A program made the translations under genes and the position numbers. Below are positions 12,337-25,809 of a stretch of DNA of 64,000 bases, one piece after another. Positions within the stretch are counted from its first letter, which is position 1. Every line of letters begins with the position of its first letter. The notes beneath the pieces were generated by a model that was given only the letters and a program-made list of their open reading frames with translations, had not been told where the DNA came from and did not search any database. The stretch spans positions 2,790,001 through 2,854,000 of the forward strand of contig NC_089435.1 of the NCBI RefSeq assembly GCF_026210795.1. The letters run 5' to 3'. Source of the DNA: Rhizophagus irregularis. Taxonomy: Eukaryota.

Positions 12337-14804
12337 TCAATTATTTTGTTGCTTCAAAAGAATATCTAGATTTTCCTTAACATCTAAATATCCATTTTCT
12401 ATAGCTTTCTCATACCAATAAATAGCATTTTCTACATTTTTATCAGTCCCTTCACCATGTTCATATAAATATGCAAGACTTCTTTGCGCATCAACATTTC
12501 CTCCTGTCGCAGCTATTTTATAAAATTCAAATGCCTTCACTTTATTCATATCAGTCCCAAATCCTTTCTCATAACAATGCCCTAATTTATATTGAGCATA
12601 AATAAATCCTTGACTAGCTGATTTTTTATAAAACTCAAATGCCCTAACTCTATTTTTCCAAACACCTTTGCCCAATTCATAACATTCACCTAATTTATAT
12701 AATGCAAAATTATTATCATTTTCTGCAGCCTTATAATACCAATAAATAATTTGATTTAAATTATTTATTGTTTCTTTATCGTTTTTACCAAAATAATTAT
12801 GTACATTAACATCTTCAGCTGCCTTATTGTACGTTTCAAATCCTTTTTCTCTGTTAATTTCAGTACCAATGCCATTTACATAGCAATATCCAAGTTGGAA
12901 GATTGCACTTATATGTCCAGTTTTGGCTGATTTTTCATAAAATTCAAATGCTTTTACTTCATCTTTATCCACAAAATTTCCTAATTCATAATATTCACCT
13001 ACATTACATTGTGCTATACGGCAATCATCTTCTGCTGCTTTATGAAACCAAAAAAAGGCTTTTTCTAAATCTTTTTCAGTTCCTTCACCATTTTCAAACA
13101 TAATTGCTAAGCTATTTCGTGCATAATTATGTTTTCCCACAGCAGCTATTGTATATAACTGGAATGCTTTTGCTTTATTAACTTCAGTTCCAATTCCATT
13201 AGAATAATAATTACCGAGTTGACTTTTAGCATATAAAAATCCTTGATTGGCTGATTTTTCAACATATTCAAATGCTTTTCTTTCGTTCTTCTCGGTACCA
13301 TCACCATTTTGATATAAAAATCCGAGGTAATATTGTGCCACTTTATGTCCTTTATTAGCTGCTTTTTCATATGTTTCAAATGCTTTTGTTTTATTAACTT
13401 TAGTTCCAATTCCTTTGTAATAATAATTTCCAAGTTCGTATTGAGCATTTAGATATTCTTGATTTGCAGATTTTTCATAGTATTCAAAAGACTTTACTTC
13501 ATCTTTCTTAACGCCTATACCATATTTATAAAAAATTCCAAGATTATATTGTGCAATTTCATGTCCTTTATCAGCAGCTTTTTTATATAATTCAAATGCT
13601 TTTGTTCTATTAGAATCGGTCCCAATTCCTTTTTCATAACAATTTCCAAGTTCAAATTGAGCGTCTAAATATTCTTGATTGGCTGACCTTTTATAAAATA
13701 TAAAAGCTTTTTTTTCATCTTCTTCCACGCCTTCTCCATTTTTATAAAAATTACCTAAATTGCATTGCGCAAATTTATTTCCATTTTCTGCTGCCTCATT
13801 ATACCAGTAAATAGCCTTTTTAAAATCTTTTGCTTCGGTTTCATTTTGATAATAATCTCCCAATATATTTTGTGCAGAAGAATATCCTCCTTTGGCAGAT
13901 TTAATGAAATATTCAAGAGCTTTCTCATCATCTTTATTGATTCCTATTCCATTTAAACAACAAATACCCAAATTATATTGTGCATATAAATCTTCTTCAT
14001 TAGCAGCTTTTAAATACCATTCAAAAGCTTTCTTTTCATCCTTTTCTGTTCCTATTCCAAATTGATAACAATAACCTAAATTATTTTTTGCGCTAGAATT
14101 TCCCTCTTTCGCAGATTTTAAGTAAAATTCAAATGCTTTAAATTCATCTTTCTTTTTTCCCAATCCATATTGATAACAATAATCTAAATCATTTAATTTT
14201 TCTAATTCTTTCCTTTTAATATAATTTATTTTATTAGAATCATTATTTAATGATTCAAAATATTTTTCTATAGTACTTAACTCATCCTTACGTAAATTTA
14301 TTTCTAATAAACCATTAAAATATTCAAATTGATTAAGTGACATTACATTCGCACTCTCAAAACTTTTTGATATTAAATTTCTTTTATCAAAAATAATATC
14401 TTCATAATAATAAATTGATAATAAATATTTGATATAATAAGATTTAATAATTGATAAATACAAGTTAATTTTTTATTCTCATAATTTTTAATTGATAATA
14501 AATAAAATTTTATAAAATCATTTTTATTATTAATATTTGTGTTATTATCATTTATACTTATATCATGTTCATAAAAAAATCCTATTAAACTTGAAAACCA
14601 ATTTTCACTTTCTTTATGATTTTCCATTAATTTTAAAATCATTTCAGAATTTTTGTTATTATCATTAAAATAATCTTGAATCCAATCTATTAAAATATTT
14701 TCAAATCTTGAGTGATGATCGATTCTTATAATTTTACGATAAAAATCTTTTAAGAATTCTTTTAAAAAAATTTCTTCATCTTTTATAATATTATTTGAAG
14801 ACAT
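12337..14804 (-). CDS. Sel1-like repeat protein, paralog of 5290-8316, with an apparent 1-nt frameshift near 14429 (pseudogene or sequencing error)
   Basis: ORFs 14373-14876 and 12337-14463 join as YQLLNLIIS/KYLLSIYYYED, matching YQLFNIIIAKYLLSFYYYKD of the paralog; probable ATG at 14804 (MSSNNIIKDEE). Confidence 0.85.
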
Positions 14805-16447
14805 TTTATTGAATTTTTTTTCTTTTTTTTCTTTTTTTTCAGCGAAAAAGAATTTGATGCTAATTACGTAGCACAATAAATATTTACTTCGGAATTACCC
14901 AATTTTGTCTGGTTGTGTTTGATTCACAAATGATTGATGCACTCAGGGGCACAGTTACACAATACTACACAGAACTTGCACACAAGTTTTGTCTTTTGTG
15001 TCACAGGGATGACAAATAAATTTTTGACACTGAAAAAATTCTCCACGAGTTCAGGTGACAATTAAATGTCACACGTTCCTTATATGGTGATCGACAAAAA
15101 CCACGCCCACAAAACCGACGTGCACAGAACTTTGTTTATGACGTAAATAGTAAACAGAGATCATGGAAATAGGTAAACGTCGTAGAGGACGCCTCAAAAA
15201 GTTGTGTAAAAATATAAACCACAATAAAAAAAGTTGTAAAAGTTTTCAACGTCAATGTTGAAAATTTACTAAAGTTTCGTTTTACAAATTTAGAAAGAAT
15301 TTGAGGGTTATTTTTTTGACATTGTGAAAATCTTAAATTACAACGAAAAAAAAAATATCTTTGAGCTTTATTCATAAATCATGCGTCAAAAAACATTAGC
15401 CTAAGTTTATTAAACTTACTAATAATACTCTTTTGAACTTTTTATGGAATACGTATTTACTTCGACAAGAATATCTAGAGTATCTTTATTCATTTATTCT
15501 CATTCTTTATTGAAGATTGTGGTTGGACTTTGTAGACAGAAATAGAATAATCTAAAGATCATTCATCATTAACAGAATAAATTAGAATTACACAATTAAA
15601 GTACGGTATAAATAAAGTAATTTTAAATCTTTATTCCTTAAACATTCCTTTATTTAGTTCGGACTTCGGAACGTACAAATTAAAATACATTTTTATGTAT
15701 ATTTAATCAATATATAGGTATCAGTATGTTCACATAATATATATTAAAATTAATTTCGAAGTTATCATCATCTTCTTCAAGTGTTAAAAATTCAACTGTC
15801 AAAAGTCCAATTGATTTTACGTAATATTCTTTATTGATGTAAATGATATACGTATCATCCGATATATATACACAACTATTGAGAGTTTATGAATTATAGT
15901 ATGTCACATTTTTATGAGGTTGAATATACTTTCTCAAAGTATCAATAAGTATTTCGAAGAATTATTATAAATTTAATATCCTCATTAAAGTATATTTATT
16001 ATAAAGTATGAGATGTAAACTATTCGAGCGATTCATGCCAACGAATCATAAAATTTATAATACCATGTCATCTTTATTTCTTAAACATATGGATATATGA
16101 TTAGGACCCCAAAAAGGTAACAATACAAAGTCTGCGTATAATGAACCAAATAATGTGTAGCTCCTTCCTTTTTTGGATATTGGATAATGACAGACGGTAA
16201 TACATAATTCTGGCCCTGAAGAGATGCGGAGTTAATAGTAATAATGAGTGTCGATCTCTTGGGGTATTAAAAAATTGTTATGGGGTGAATCTATCAAGTT
16301 ACACGATAGCTACTGACGTCAGAATGATACCATAAAAGGTACATAAGGTTATGAAATGAGGTCCATTTTAATCACGATTTAAATACAAGGTGGTTGTATA
16401 AAAGATTTCCACTATTGTTAAAATTAAAAAATAATTTATTGTCAAGA

Positions 16448-19400
16448 ATGTCAAATAAAACGAAAGGAACTGGCCTTAAAAAATCAAAATTTTATATTGA
16501 TTGGTTAGAAAAATCAATTGCAAATGAATATCTCAATTATCATGAATATTCAGAATTTAAAAATTTAGAACCGATAGGAAGTGGTTCGTTTGGAAGTGTC
16601 GTTCGTGCTAATTGGAAAAAAGCTGAAAATTTTTTCGCTTTAAAAATCATCAAGGACAATAGTAACACGACGCTAAAAGTATTTGTTAATGAGGTAAATA
16701 ATCTCGATTATCTATCCCTATACTAGTAATTTTTACATACTAATTATATTATTATTTTTTTTTTATAGATAAGATTGCAAAAAAAAGTTGATTTTCATGA
16801 AAATATTATACGGTTTTATGGAATAACGAAAGTAGATGGTAAGTTTAAGTCTTGGTATATATTACATTATTGGATGAGTTCCATTTTTAATGTACTCTTT
16901 GTATCTAGAAAAATATTCGTTAGTCTTAGAATACGCTGATAATGGTACACTAAAAACTTATTTAAATGAGCACATTAATGAACTCACCTGGACCGATAAA
17001 TATCAGCTAGTATTACAACTAGCCAATGCAGTAGAATGTTTACATGATTATGGTATTATTCATCGTGATCTGGTAATAATTGATTACTAGTACTAGCTTT
17101 GTAATTTTCTATTTGATTATTTTATCATACTCGTATTAAAAAGTTTTCTTTATAATAATAGCATGCAGATAATGTACTTGTACATCAGAAAAAGCTAAAA
17201 CTAGCAGATTTTGGTTTATCAAAAAAAATTGCTGAAGTATCAAGCAATACATCAAAAATACTTGGCGTAATACCTTTTGTTGATCCAAAAAAATTAAATA
17301 ATCGTTGTTACAAATTAAACAAAAAATCTGATATATACAGCATCGGAGTTTTAATGTGGCAAATTTCAAGTGGCTGCCAGCCATTTTCTGATTGTGATTA
17401 TGATGCAAGTTTAATCTTATCCATAATAAATGGCAAACGAGAAGCAATTATTGACAACACTCCTAAAGAATATAGTAATTTGTATACAGGTAATTTGTAT
17501 TGATAATTTTATAAATTTATTAATTTCTTGAAAGAAAGTTTAACAATGTTTAAAATAACTAGAATGTTGGACATATGATCCAGATAAGCGTCCAAATGTG
17601 CAAAATATCGTTTCAATCCTTTATACACTAATATCTCTTAAACAAGATAATATAATTACTGGTACTGTTGATAGGAGAAAAGGAGATAATCAACTAATAG
17701 TAAAATGTGAAACATCTTCAAAATCAATTGAGACCATGGAATTAATTAATGAATTGTTACCAAATACTGAATTAAAAATAAATATAATGGGTGCTGAAAA
17801 TAATTCATCATATACATCAATTCAAAAAAATTCGTCAAACGGGTCAACATCTGATAAGGTAAATAATATACTAATTGTTGAAAAGTTAATTAAAAAAATA
17901 AACAGCAAGCATGATATGGAAGGTATTAATTCTCAAGATATTAAGCAATTTATCAACCAACAAATATTAGAATTAAATCAAAGCTTGGACAATCTCATTA
18001 AATGGCTATCTAATCAAGTTAATCCAAAATATATTTATTTACTTGGATTATTTTATTATTATAATATTGGCACAGAAAAAAGTAGTTTCAAAGCATTTGA
18101 AATATTTTCAAAAGCATCTAATAATGATTATTCATTTGCGCAAGCTTATCTTGGGAAATGTTATGACGACGGATATGGAGTTGAATGTAATAAAAATTTA
18201 GCATTTAGTTGGTTTCAAAAATCTGCAAGAAATGGTAATATTATTGGACAATTTTATTTAGGAAATTGTTATGAATTTGGTATCGGAATCACAAAAAATA
18301 CTATAGAGTCAGTACACTGGTATAAGAAAGCAGCTATAAAAGGAAATACAAGGGCAAAATTTAATCTTGCAAAATGTTATCAACTCGGAAAAGGAGTTTA
18401 TAGAAATAAGAAAAAAGCATTTGAATTAATTAAAGATTTAGCAGAAAATGATAATATAAATGCTAAATTCAAGCTTGGATGTTATTATTCAAATGGAATT
18501 GGAACTGAAATTAATAAATCAAAAGCATTTGAATTGTATAAAACAGCTGCAGATAAAGGAAATATTAGTGCAAAATTTAATTTAGCCTTGTTATATCAAT
18601 CTGGAGAAGGAGTTGATAAAGATGAGAAAAAAGCATTTGAATTAATTAAAGATTTAGCTGATAAGGATGATATAGATTCTCAATTTCAGCTTGGATATTA
18701 TTATGATAAAGGAATTGGAACTGAAATTAATCAATCAAAAGCATTTGAATTGTATAAAGCAACTGCAGATAAAGGAAATATTAGTGCACAATTTAATTTA
18801 GCTTTGTTATATCAATCTGGAGAAGGAGTTGATAAAGATGAGGAAAAGGCATTTGAATTAATAAAGGAATTAGCCGATAAAGGTGATTTAAATGCTCAAT
18901 ATCAACTTGGATATTATTATAATAAAGGAATTGGAACTGAAATTAACAAATTGAAAGCATTTAAATTATTTAATACAGCAGCTGAAAAAGGAAGTATTAG
19001 GGCACAATATAATTTAGCTCTATTATATCGATCTGGAAAAGGCATCAATAAAAATAAGGAAAAAGCATTTGAATTAATAAAAGATTTAGCTGAAAAAGGT
19101 GATTTAAATGCTCAATCACAGCTTGGATATTATTATGATAAAGGAATTGGAACTGAAATTAATAAATCAAAAGCATTTAAATTATATAAATTAGCAGCTG
19201 AAAAAGGAGATGTTGTTGCACAATATAATTTAAGTAAATGCTATGAATCAGGAGAAGGGGTTAATAAAGATGAGAAAAAGGCATTTGAATTAATAAAAGA
19301 TTTAGCAGAAAAAAGCGATATAAATTCACAATTTCTGCTTGGATATTATTATGATAAAGGCTTTGGTACTGAAATTAATAAATCAAAAGCAATTGAATTG

Positions 19401-20729
19401 TATAAAGCAGCTACAGATAAAGGAAATATTAGTGCACAATTTAATTTAGCTGTATTATATCAGTTAGGAGAAGGAGTTGATGATAAAGATGAGAAAAAGG
19501 CATTTGAATTAATAGAAGACTTAGCAGAAAAAGATGATTTAGGTGCTCAATATCAACTTGGATATTATTATGAAAAAGGAATTGGAACTGAAGTTAATAA
19601 ATCAAAAGCATTTGAATTATATATAGTAGCAACAGATAAAGGAAATACTAATGCACAATTTAATTTGGCTGTACTATATCAATTAGGAGAAGGAGTTGAT
19701 AAGAATGAAAGAAAAGCATTTGAACTGATAAAAGATTTAGCAGAAAATAATGATTTAAATGCTCAATATCAACTTGGATATTATTATAATAAAGGAATTG
19801 GGACAGAAATTAATAAATCAAAAGCATTTGAATTATATAACATAGCAGCTGAAAAAGGAGATGATAATTCACAATTTAATTTAGCTATTTTATATCAATA
19901 TGGAGAAGGAGTTGACAAAGATGAAAAGAAAGCATTTGAATTAATAAAAGATTTAGTTGAAAAAGATTATTTAAATGCTCAAATTAAACTTGCATATTAC
20001 TATGATGAAGGAATTGGAATTGAAAGGGATTTTGAAAAAGCTCTTAACTGGTACAAAAAAGCAGCAGAAAATGGTGATGAAGTTGCACAGTATAATTTAG
20101 GAGAATGTTATGAATTAGGGATTGGTGTAAATAAAGATGAAATTAAAGCATTTGAATTTTATGAGAAATCGTCCGAGAATGGATATATTGGTGCAAAACT
20201 TATACTTGGATTTTATCACATAAATGGAATTGGAACTGAAATTAATAAAGAAAAAGGATTTGAATTATATAATGAGGCAGCCGGCAGTAATATCCAAATT
20301 AATCTTATTGAAAATGATGAAGAAATAGTAAATGATTTAGACAAAGTTAATTATTGGTATCATAAAGCTGCAGAAAATGAAAATAAACTTGCATTATATA
20401 AATTAGGTGAATTTTATGAATTAGGTAAAGGGGTTGGTAAAAATGAAATACGGGCATTTGAATTTTATAAGATATCAGCTGATCAAGGATATATAGATGC
20501 TCAATATAAAGTTGGACATATTTATAATTATGGAACTCAGATTGATATTAACAAAGAAAATGCATTTAATTACTACAAAATTGCTGCAGAAGGAGGAAAT
20601 ATAGATGCACAAAATAGTCTTGCATCATTATATGAACGAGGGGAAGGAACTGTAAAAAATACTGAGAAAGCCATTTATTGGTACAAAAAAGCTGTAGAAA
20701 ATAGATACCAAGAGCCGAAAAAGGTTTGA
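16448..20729 (+). CDS. TKL-type protein kinase fused to a long Sel1-repeat array; exons 16448-16693, 16769-16838, 16909-17072, 17162-17489, 17563-20729
   Basis: [32 protein letters not shown] and CW..DP..RP motifs joined in frame by GT-AG introns; more than 20 Sel1 repeats follow. Confidence 0.92.
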
Positions 20730-21231
20730 ACTTAGTACTTATTACTAAATAATTAACTGAAGCTAGTATGATTCCAAAATACTTTATTTATTTTAAAAGC
20801 TTAACAAGACTGAGATTAATTGATTAATTTTCATTTTATTTAACCTATTTTTTTTTTGTAATGTATATAAATTATCTTAACATCAAATACTTTATGTAAT
20901 ATCAGTATCATTTTGGTTATTACGCCATTTTGTATTAACTAATAAAAAACGATATTAGCTATGATTAAACTCCGAAAAATACATTTGCTTTTGTATTATT
21001 TTTCTAATATTAAATCAATTTATAATTACTCATAACTAAATATTCGAAATTAAATTACTGTATATTCTTTTAAAATAATTTTGTTTCGACATTTTAGTAG
21101 TTGGAAATTATAAAAATTCAGTTACTTATGCCCGTTGTTTAAGACAGTATCTTTATATCCTTGCCTTGACCCGTTAAAATTTGTTAAAAGATAAAATAAA
21201 GAAGTAAAATGAGGAGTTTTTACATTCTAAT

Positions 21232-21347
21232 TAGGGATGGAAACGGTCACGGTCATAACCGTGACTGATATCGGTCGTCTGACCGACCGTCCGCCTGACC
21301 GTCCGCCTGGTCGACCGTTTGACCATAACTGACCGTTTCCAACCTTA
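21232..21347. mobile_element. 116-bp hAT-type MITE with perfect 8-bp TSD
   Basis: tagggatggaaacggtca / tgaccgtttccaacctta TIR; attctaat at 21224-21231 and 21348-21355; internal gaccg subrepeats. Confidence 0.9.
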
Positions 21348-21439
21348 ATTCTAATAAAATTTAAACCAAAAAAGTAGTGCTATTACTAATTTACTCTACT
21401 TTTGTAGTATTTAAGAATTATAGTCATTCTTTGAAATAA

Positions 21440-21760
21440 TATCTTAAAACTGAATCCATTTTCTATTATTTTCAGTTAATATACTAATGAATCGCATTGT
21501 CTAAATTACTTTTTCCGCTCCTCATCCGTATATCATAAAAATGCCGCATTCTATTAGTTCCTGCAGCTATATTTTCTCCGCCATTCAAATTCAAGTATTC
21601 GAATTCGTATTAAGCATTATTAAATCCCTGATTGGCCAATTGATTGTAAAATCCAGGTTCCCTAATTCCATTTTTGCCTAATGTCCTAATTTAATAGTAA
21701 TGTAGCCTTATTATCATTTCTAGCAGATTTATGACACTAACCATGTTGATAATTTGTATC
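21440..21760 (-). pseudogene. Relic of a Sel1-protein C-terminal cap
   Basis: Minus strand gives HKSARNDNK, LANQGFNNA*YE and NLDNAIH*Y, similar to the C-termini of the intact Sel1 genes. Confidence 0.6.
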
Positions 21761-24700
21761 AATATTATATTTCGTTATTTTTATAATTTACTCTCTTAGA
21801 ATATTATTAAGGCTTGATTTTATTACTGTATTACTCTTTTTTTTATGAAATATTATTTAAACAGCTTTTTATTTCATCTATGTAGTTCAATCAGAAAAAC
21901 AATAATTGCACAAATTGATTATAATGATTACATGATATCTTAAAAATATCAGCAAATATTCATCAAATAAATAAATAAATAAATAAAATTTTAAACATTT
22001 ACTTTGAAGTCGACCTTCTTATAACGAATTTGATGTATTAATAAATCTACAAAATAAACTATGTATGTAGTATAAACTTTTTTATAAGAATTTTCTTTAT
22101 AATGAAGGTAAAATGGTTTATGTTTCGGTGTACTATACGGCCTATACCAGATTTTCCTATTATATCGAATAATTTGTTACGATCTGACGCCTACTTCGTC
22201 AGCTAACTGTAAAATTTAGTTGTACTTTCAATTACATGATATTTTTTTCAATAAGTGCAAAAAGAAAAACTTTTTTTTTTATGACTGTCCATCGACTATA
22301 CGATCATGGCGTAACAAATTCAAGTGTCTGTTTTAACTACTTTACTTTTCAAATTAGTTGCCTATAAACAAATGATCACAAATTTGTACAATATTATATC
22401 ACATTATTCACATTATTACGATTAATATCGGTATTATTTAATAACTATTACAGGTTAAAAAATTTATAACTTTTTTTGGCACGCTACATATTCAGTCTAA
22501 AATCTATTTTAACGTAAATTTTTTGGCGGTTAAAAAAATTAACGCATACCAAAATTAGTTTATTATCATGTAAATCTAAATCTTTGCTACGATTCACGAA
22601 ATGTTTATACCACGTTTCGCAAGATAACAGATATGAAGGTTTTTTTAATTGAAAGGGAGCCTACTTTTTTTATACATATTCAAGGTTCTTTTTTAGAAAC
22701 ATCGCAGGGGAAATATAATAAATGTTTCGCAGTTGTTATACAGCGGTAAACTATAATAATGATGACTTCTTTGGCAAGATTAGAATAATCATTATAAAGC
22801 CGAATAGGGTGTCTTTTACATACGATAATAAAATTTATTTTAAATAATAAATGATAATAATTAATTAAAGTCTTAGTTCTAATACTGTTAAGTAAAATTA
22901 CCTATTAATGGGTAATTTGGGTTCATCGGACATTTTTCCTACCTCAATACAATGGTCTAATTGGTCTTATTGTTTTACCTAATAATTATTTTAGATTAAA
23001 ATTATCGAAAAAAATACGCCATTTTTGAAGAAAGCCATTGTTGTAGGAATCAAAATCTCTTTTAAAAACCAATTAAATAAAAAAAATTGTTTATTAAAAA
23101 TTTGGATAAAGAAAATCAAAAAAACCTGCATTTTAAAAGAATAATAAGATTATCATAATGAACACACAGAAATGAAAGATAGCTGACCAAATTAAAACGT
23201 TACTTTGTATTACTTTGCATAATAGTTTCATTTCACCAAATAATACTTACTACTTAAATTCTGTTACTTTGTAGTATATTTTATATATTTTTTATATAGC
23301 AGATTAAAAATAAAAATATAAGAAAATAATAAAATTTTATACAGAATTTATGTAAAGTATGTGGCGGTGAGAATGTTGTTGATAAAACTGTAATGATTTT
23401 TTTAACATGTATACTAAGGCTCAACCGTCACACAGGTCAAGATTAATACTTTTGCGGCGTAAATACATATATATAAGTATAGTACGTATTGTATGTAAGA
23501 AATATAACCATTGTATTCAAGCCACAGCAACAAAAAAAATATTGTTATCGAAAAGATTATGGGTATTATTTACGGCAAGGTTTCTGTGGAAAGTTCCTGA
23601 GAATTTTTTTATTTAGTTTCAGTAAAATTTTGATATACTAATTATACGCAACGCTACAATTGTGCCTAAATTAAATAATGTGTTAGTTATATGGTGAGAG
23701 TATAAAAAATTGCGTAAATTTTACCGTTCTCCATACTTGCGATTAAAATTATTTAAAATAATTATGATTTGAAGATTGATATTTTCAAATTTCGTATTTT
23801 CGTTGCTTTAAAAATAATAATATGCGATACCAAATTTTCGAAACAAGTGAATGAGTCATAGTTATGAAATAATTAAGACATTGATAAATTGAACAAATTT
23901 TTTCAATTGTTATTGATTCACAAGGCGCACGTGATTAATACGTTGAACACCGAAAAGTGGTAGCCTTATTTGGCGGTTACACAATTATTCGTATTCTTAC
24001 TATGATAGTTTAAAATTTGAACGGACATTTTTAACCATAAATGTCATTTTGGCTTATTACGTGACTCTTCTTTTTAAAATATGAGTTTATAGTGAAGAGA
24101 AAGCGGAAAATCGATTATTTAATCTAATCTGGCGTAATTGATTAATTGATTAAAATGAGACTACTATCCGAAAGGCGTGTGTAACTGATGTAACTGACAA
24201 ACTTTTCGGTGGCGTTGCTACGTTCATCTTTTTTTCTTGATTTTTGACATGACTCATATCTTTTTTTGCCATTTTTCTGTATTTCCGCCCGTCTTTACCA
24301 CTTCAACAAACTGCTTTTCTATAAAATAAGAGAAAAGCGTCAAATGACGAGTCTAATAATAATGTATTACTTTTGAATCGTGGGAAAATCGGATGACCAT
24401 GATCAATAAAAAATCGAATAAATCTTGAAATATAAAAATAATTTTATTATTATTTTTTTTTTATTTCTTTATTTTATTTTAGAATTGTATTTTCGCGAGT
24501 TACTATATTTGCAAGTTACTAACCATAATTGTCATACGGAAGGATTAAAGATTTCAGTTTAATTATATTTAATTATTAATTACATATATACTGTACTTCA
24601 TTATAATATATATATAAAGAATTTATATAAAATTTCTAGTACATTTATTGTATTTATTTTAGCTACATATTTGCAAATATGAGCGAAATTTCATTAACAT

Positions 24701-24959
24701 TTCTTTATATCATAAAAAATTTCAGTTTAATGTGTTATAAGTTTAAATGATGTATAAGGAAGGTTTTATCACAATTTAAAATACATTTATATAATAGAAA
24801 CTAGTAAATTTCAAACGACATATATACTTCATGGAAATTGGACAAGTTTACAACAAATTTCCGTAATATACATTTTAATTGGAATTAATTGAAATTACTG
24901 GTAAATCAATTTGAAATGTGACGTGTATATAAAATTTCTCTAGTGTAAATGTATTACAC

Positions 24960-25330
24960 ATCCCCCACTTCGACCAGTGATATAGGACACGGCGATTATT
25001 TAAAATGCATTTTTACCTAAGTGGGACTTTAGGTCTCACCTTTTTCTATTCACTATACGTCTCCATATCCCATGAAAAATATACTTAATACAATGTATAA
25101 TATTTTCAGCTTGAATTCTTTATTGATGCAGTAAATAAATTACATGATTCGATGATACATAGACTTGTTTTACAATGTGAAATGGTGGGCGTTTCTATAC
25201 TAATGCCTACAGACCCACACCATCATTCAAACTATCTATACTAACATAATATCCCAACATTAATCCGATTTCATTTGACCTCAACATTGATATTCTGGAT
25301 AGAACAAAAATGGTCGTCAGTTATGCAGAG
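24960..25330 (-). pseudogene. Possible highly degraded family-B DNA polymerase exonuclease fragment
   Basis: FSWDMETYS (WDMETYS at 25072-25052) resembles the PolB ExoI xDIET motif; followed by stops and frameshifts. Confidence 0.3.
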
Positions 25331-25809
25331 CCAGAAATAAATTAACTGTATTGACCTTAGTAGAACTTACCGAAAGTTTATGTTCCCCTAACAAAAAAAA
25401 ATAGATATTAGCTTTGTAAGCTCTAAGTCACTTCCTTGTAAATATACAGTCATAACATACAGTATCTTTGTTTGCGTAATGTCTTCCCAGATTGGCACTC
25501 TCATGTGACATCATGATATGTGGCTGATTTTTGATTGATAATTGGTTCTTGACACATTGCTGACTCTGTTCGTAGTATTACTGACTCACAGTTCGTAGTA
25601 ATTAGTCAACAACCGTTTATAGAAAAATATATATATATATGACATATAATCAAAATGTTAAGCTATTCTTTGCTATCTTATAAACTAAATTTGAGGAAAA
25701 AACCCTACCCGCTAGGTAACATTTTATCCAAAATGTTTTATTTGTGTTATTACTTTTTTAAACTTTGTTTCTAACTCTCGATTTTCATGTTTGCAGATAT
25801 ACCGACATC

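Noticed and set aside
5463..13956. Short ORFs overlapping the Sel1 genes (5463, 6504, 12903, 13146, 13765)
   Set aside because: Alternative-frame or antisense shadows of repetitive coding sequence
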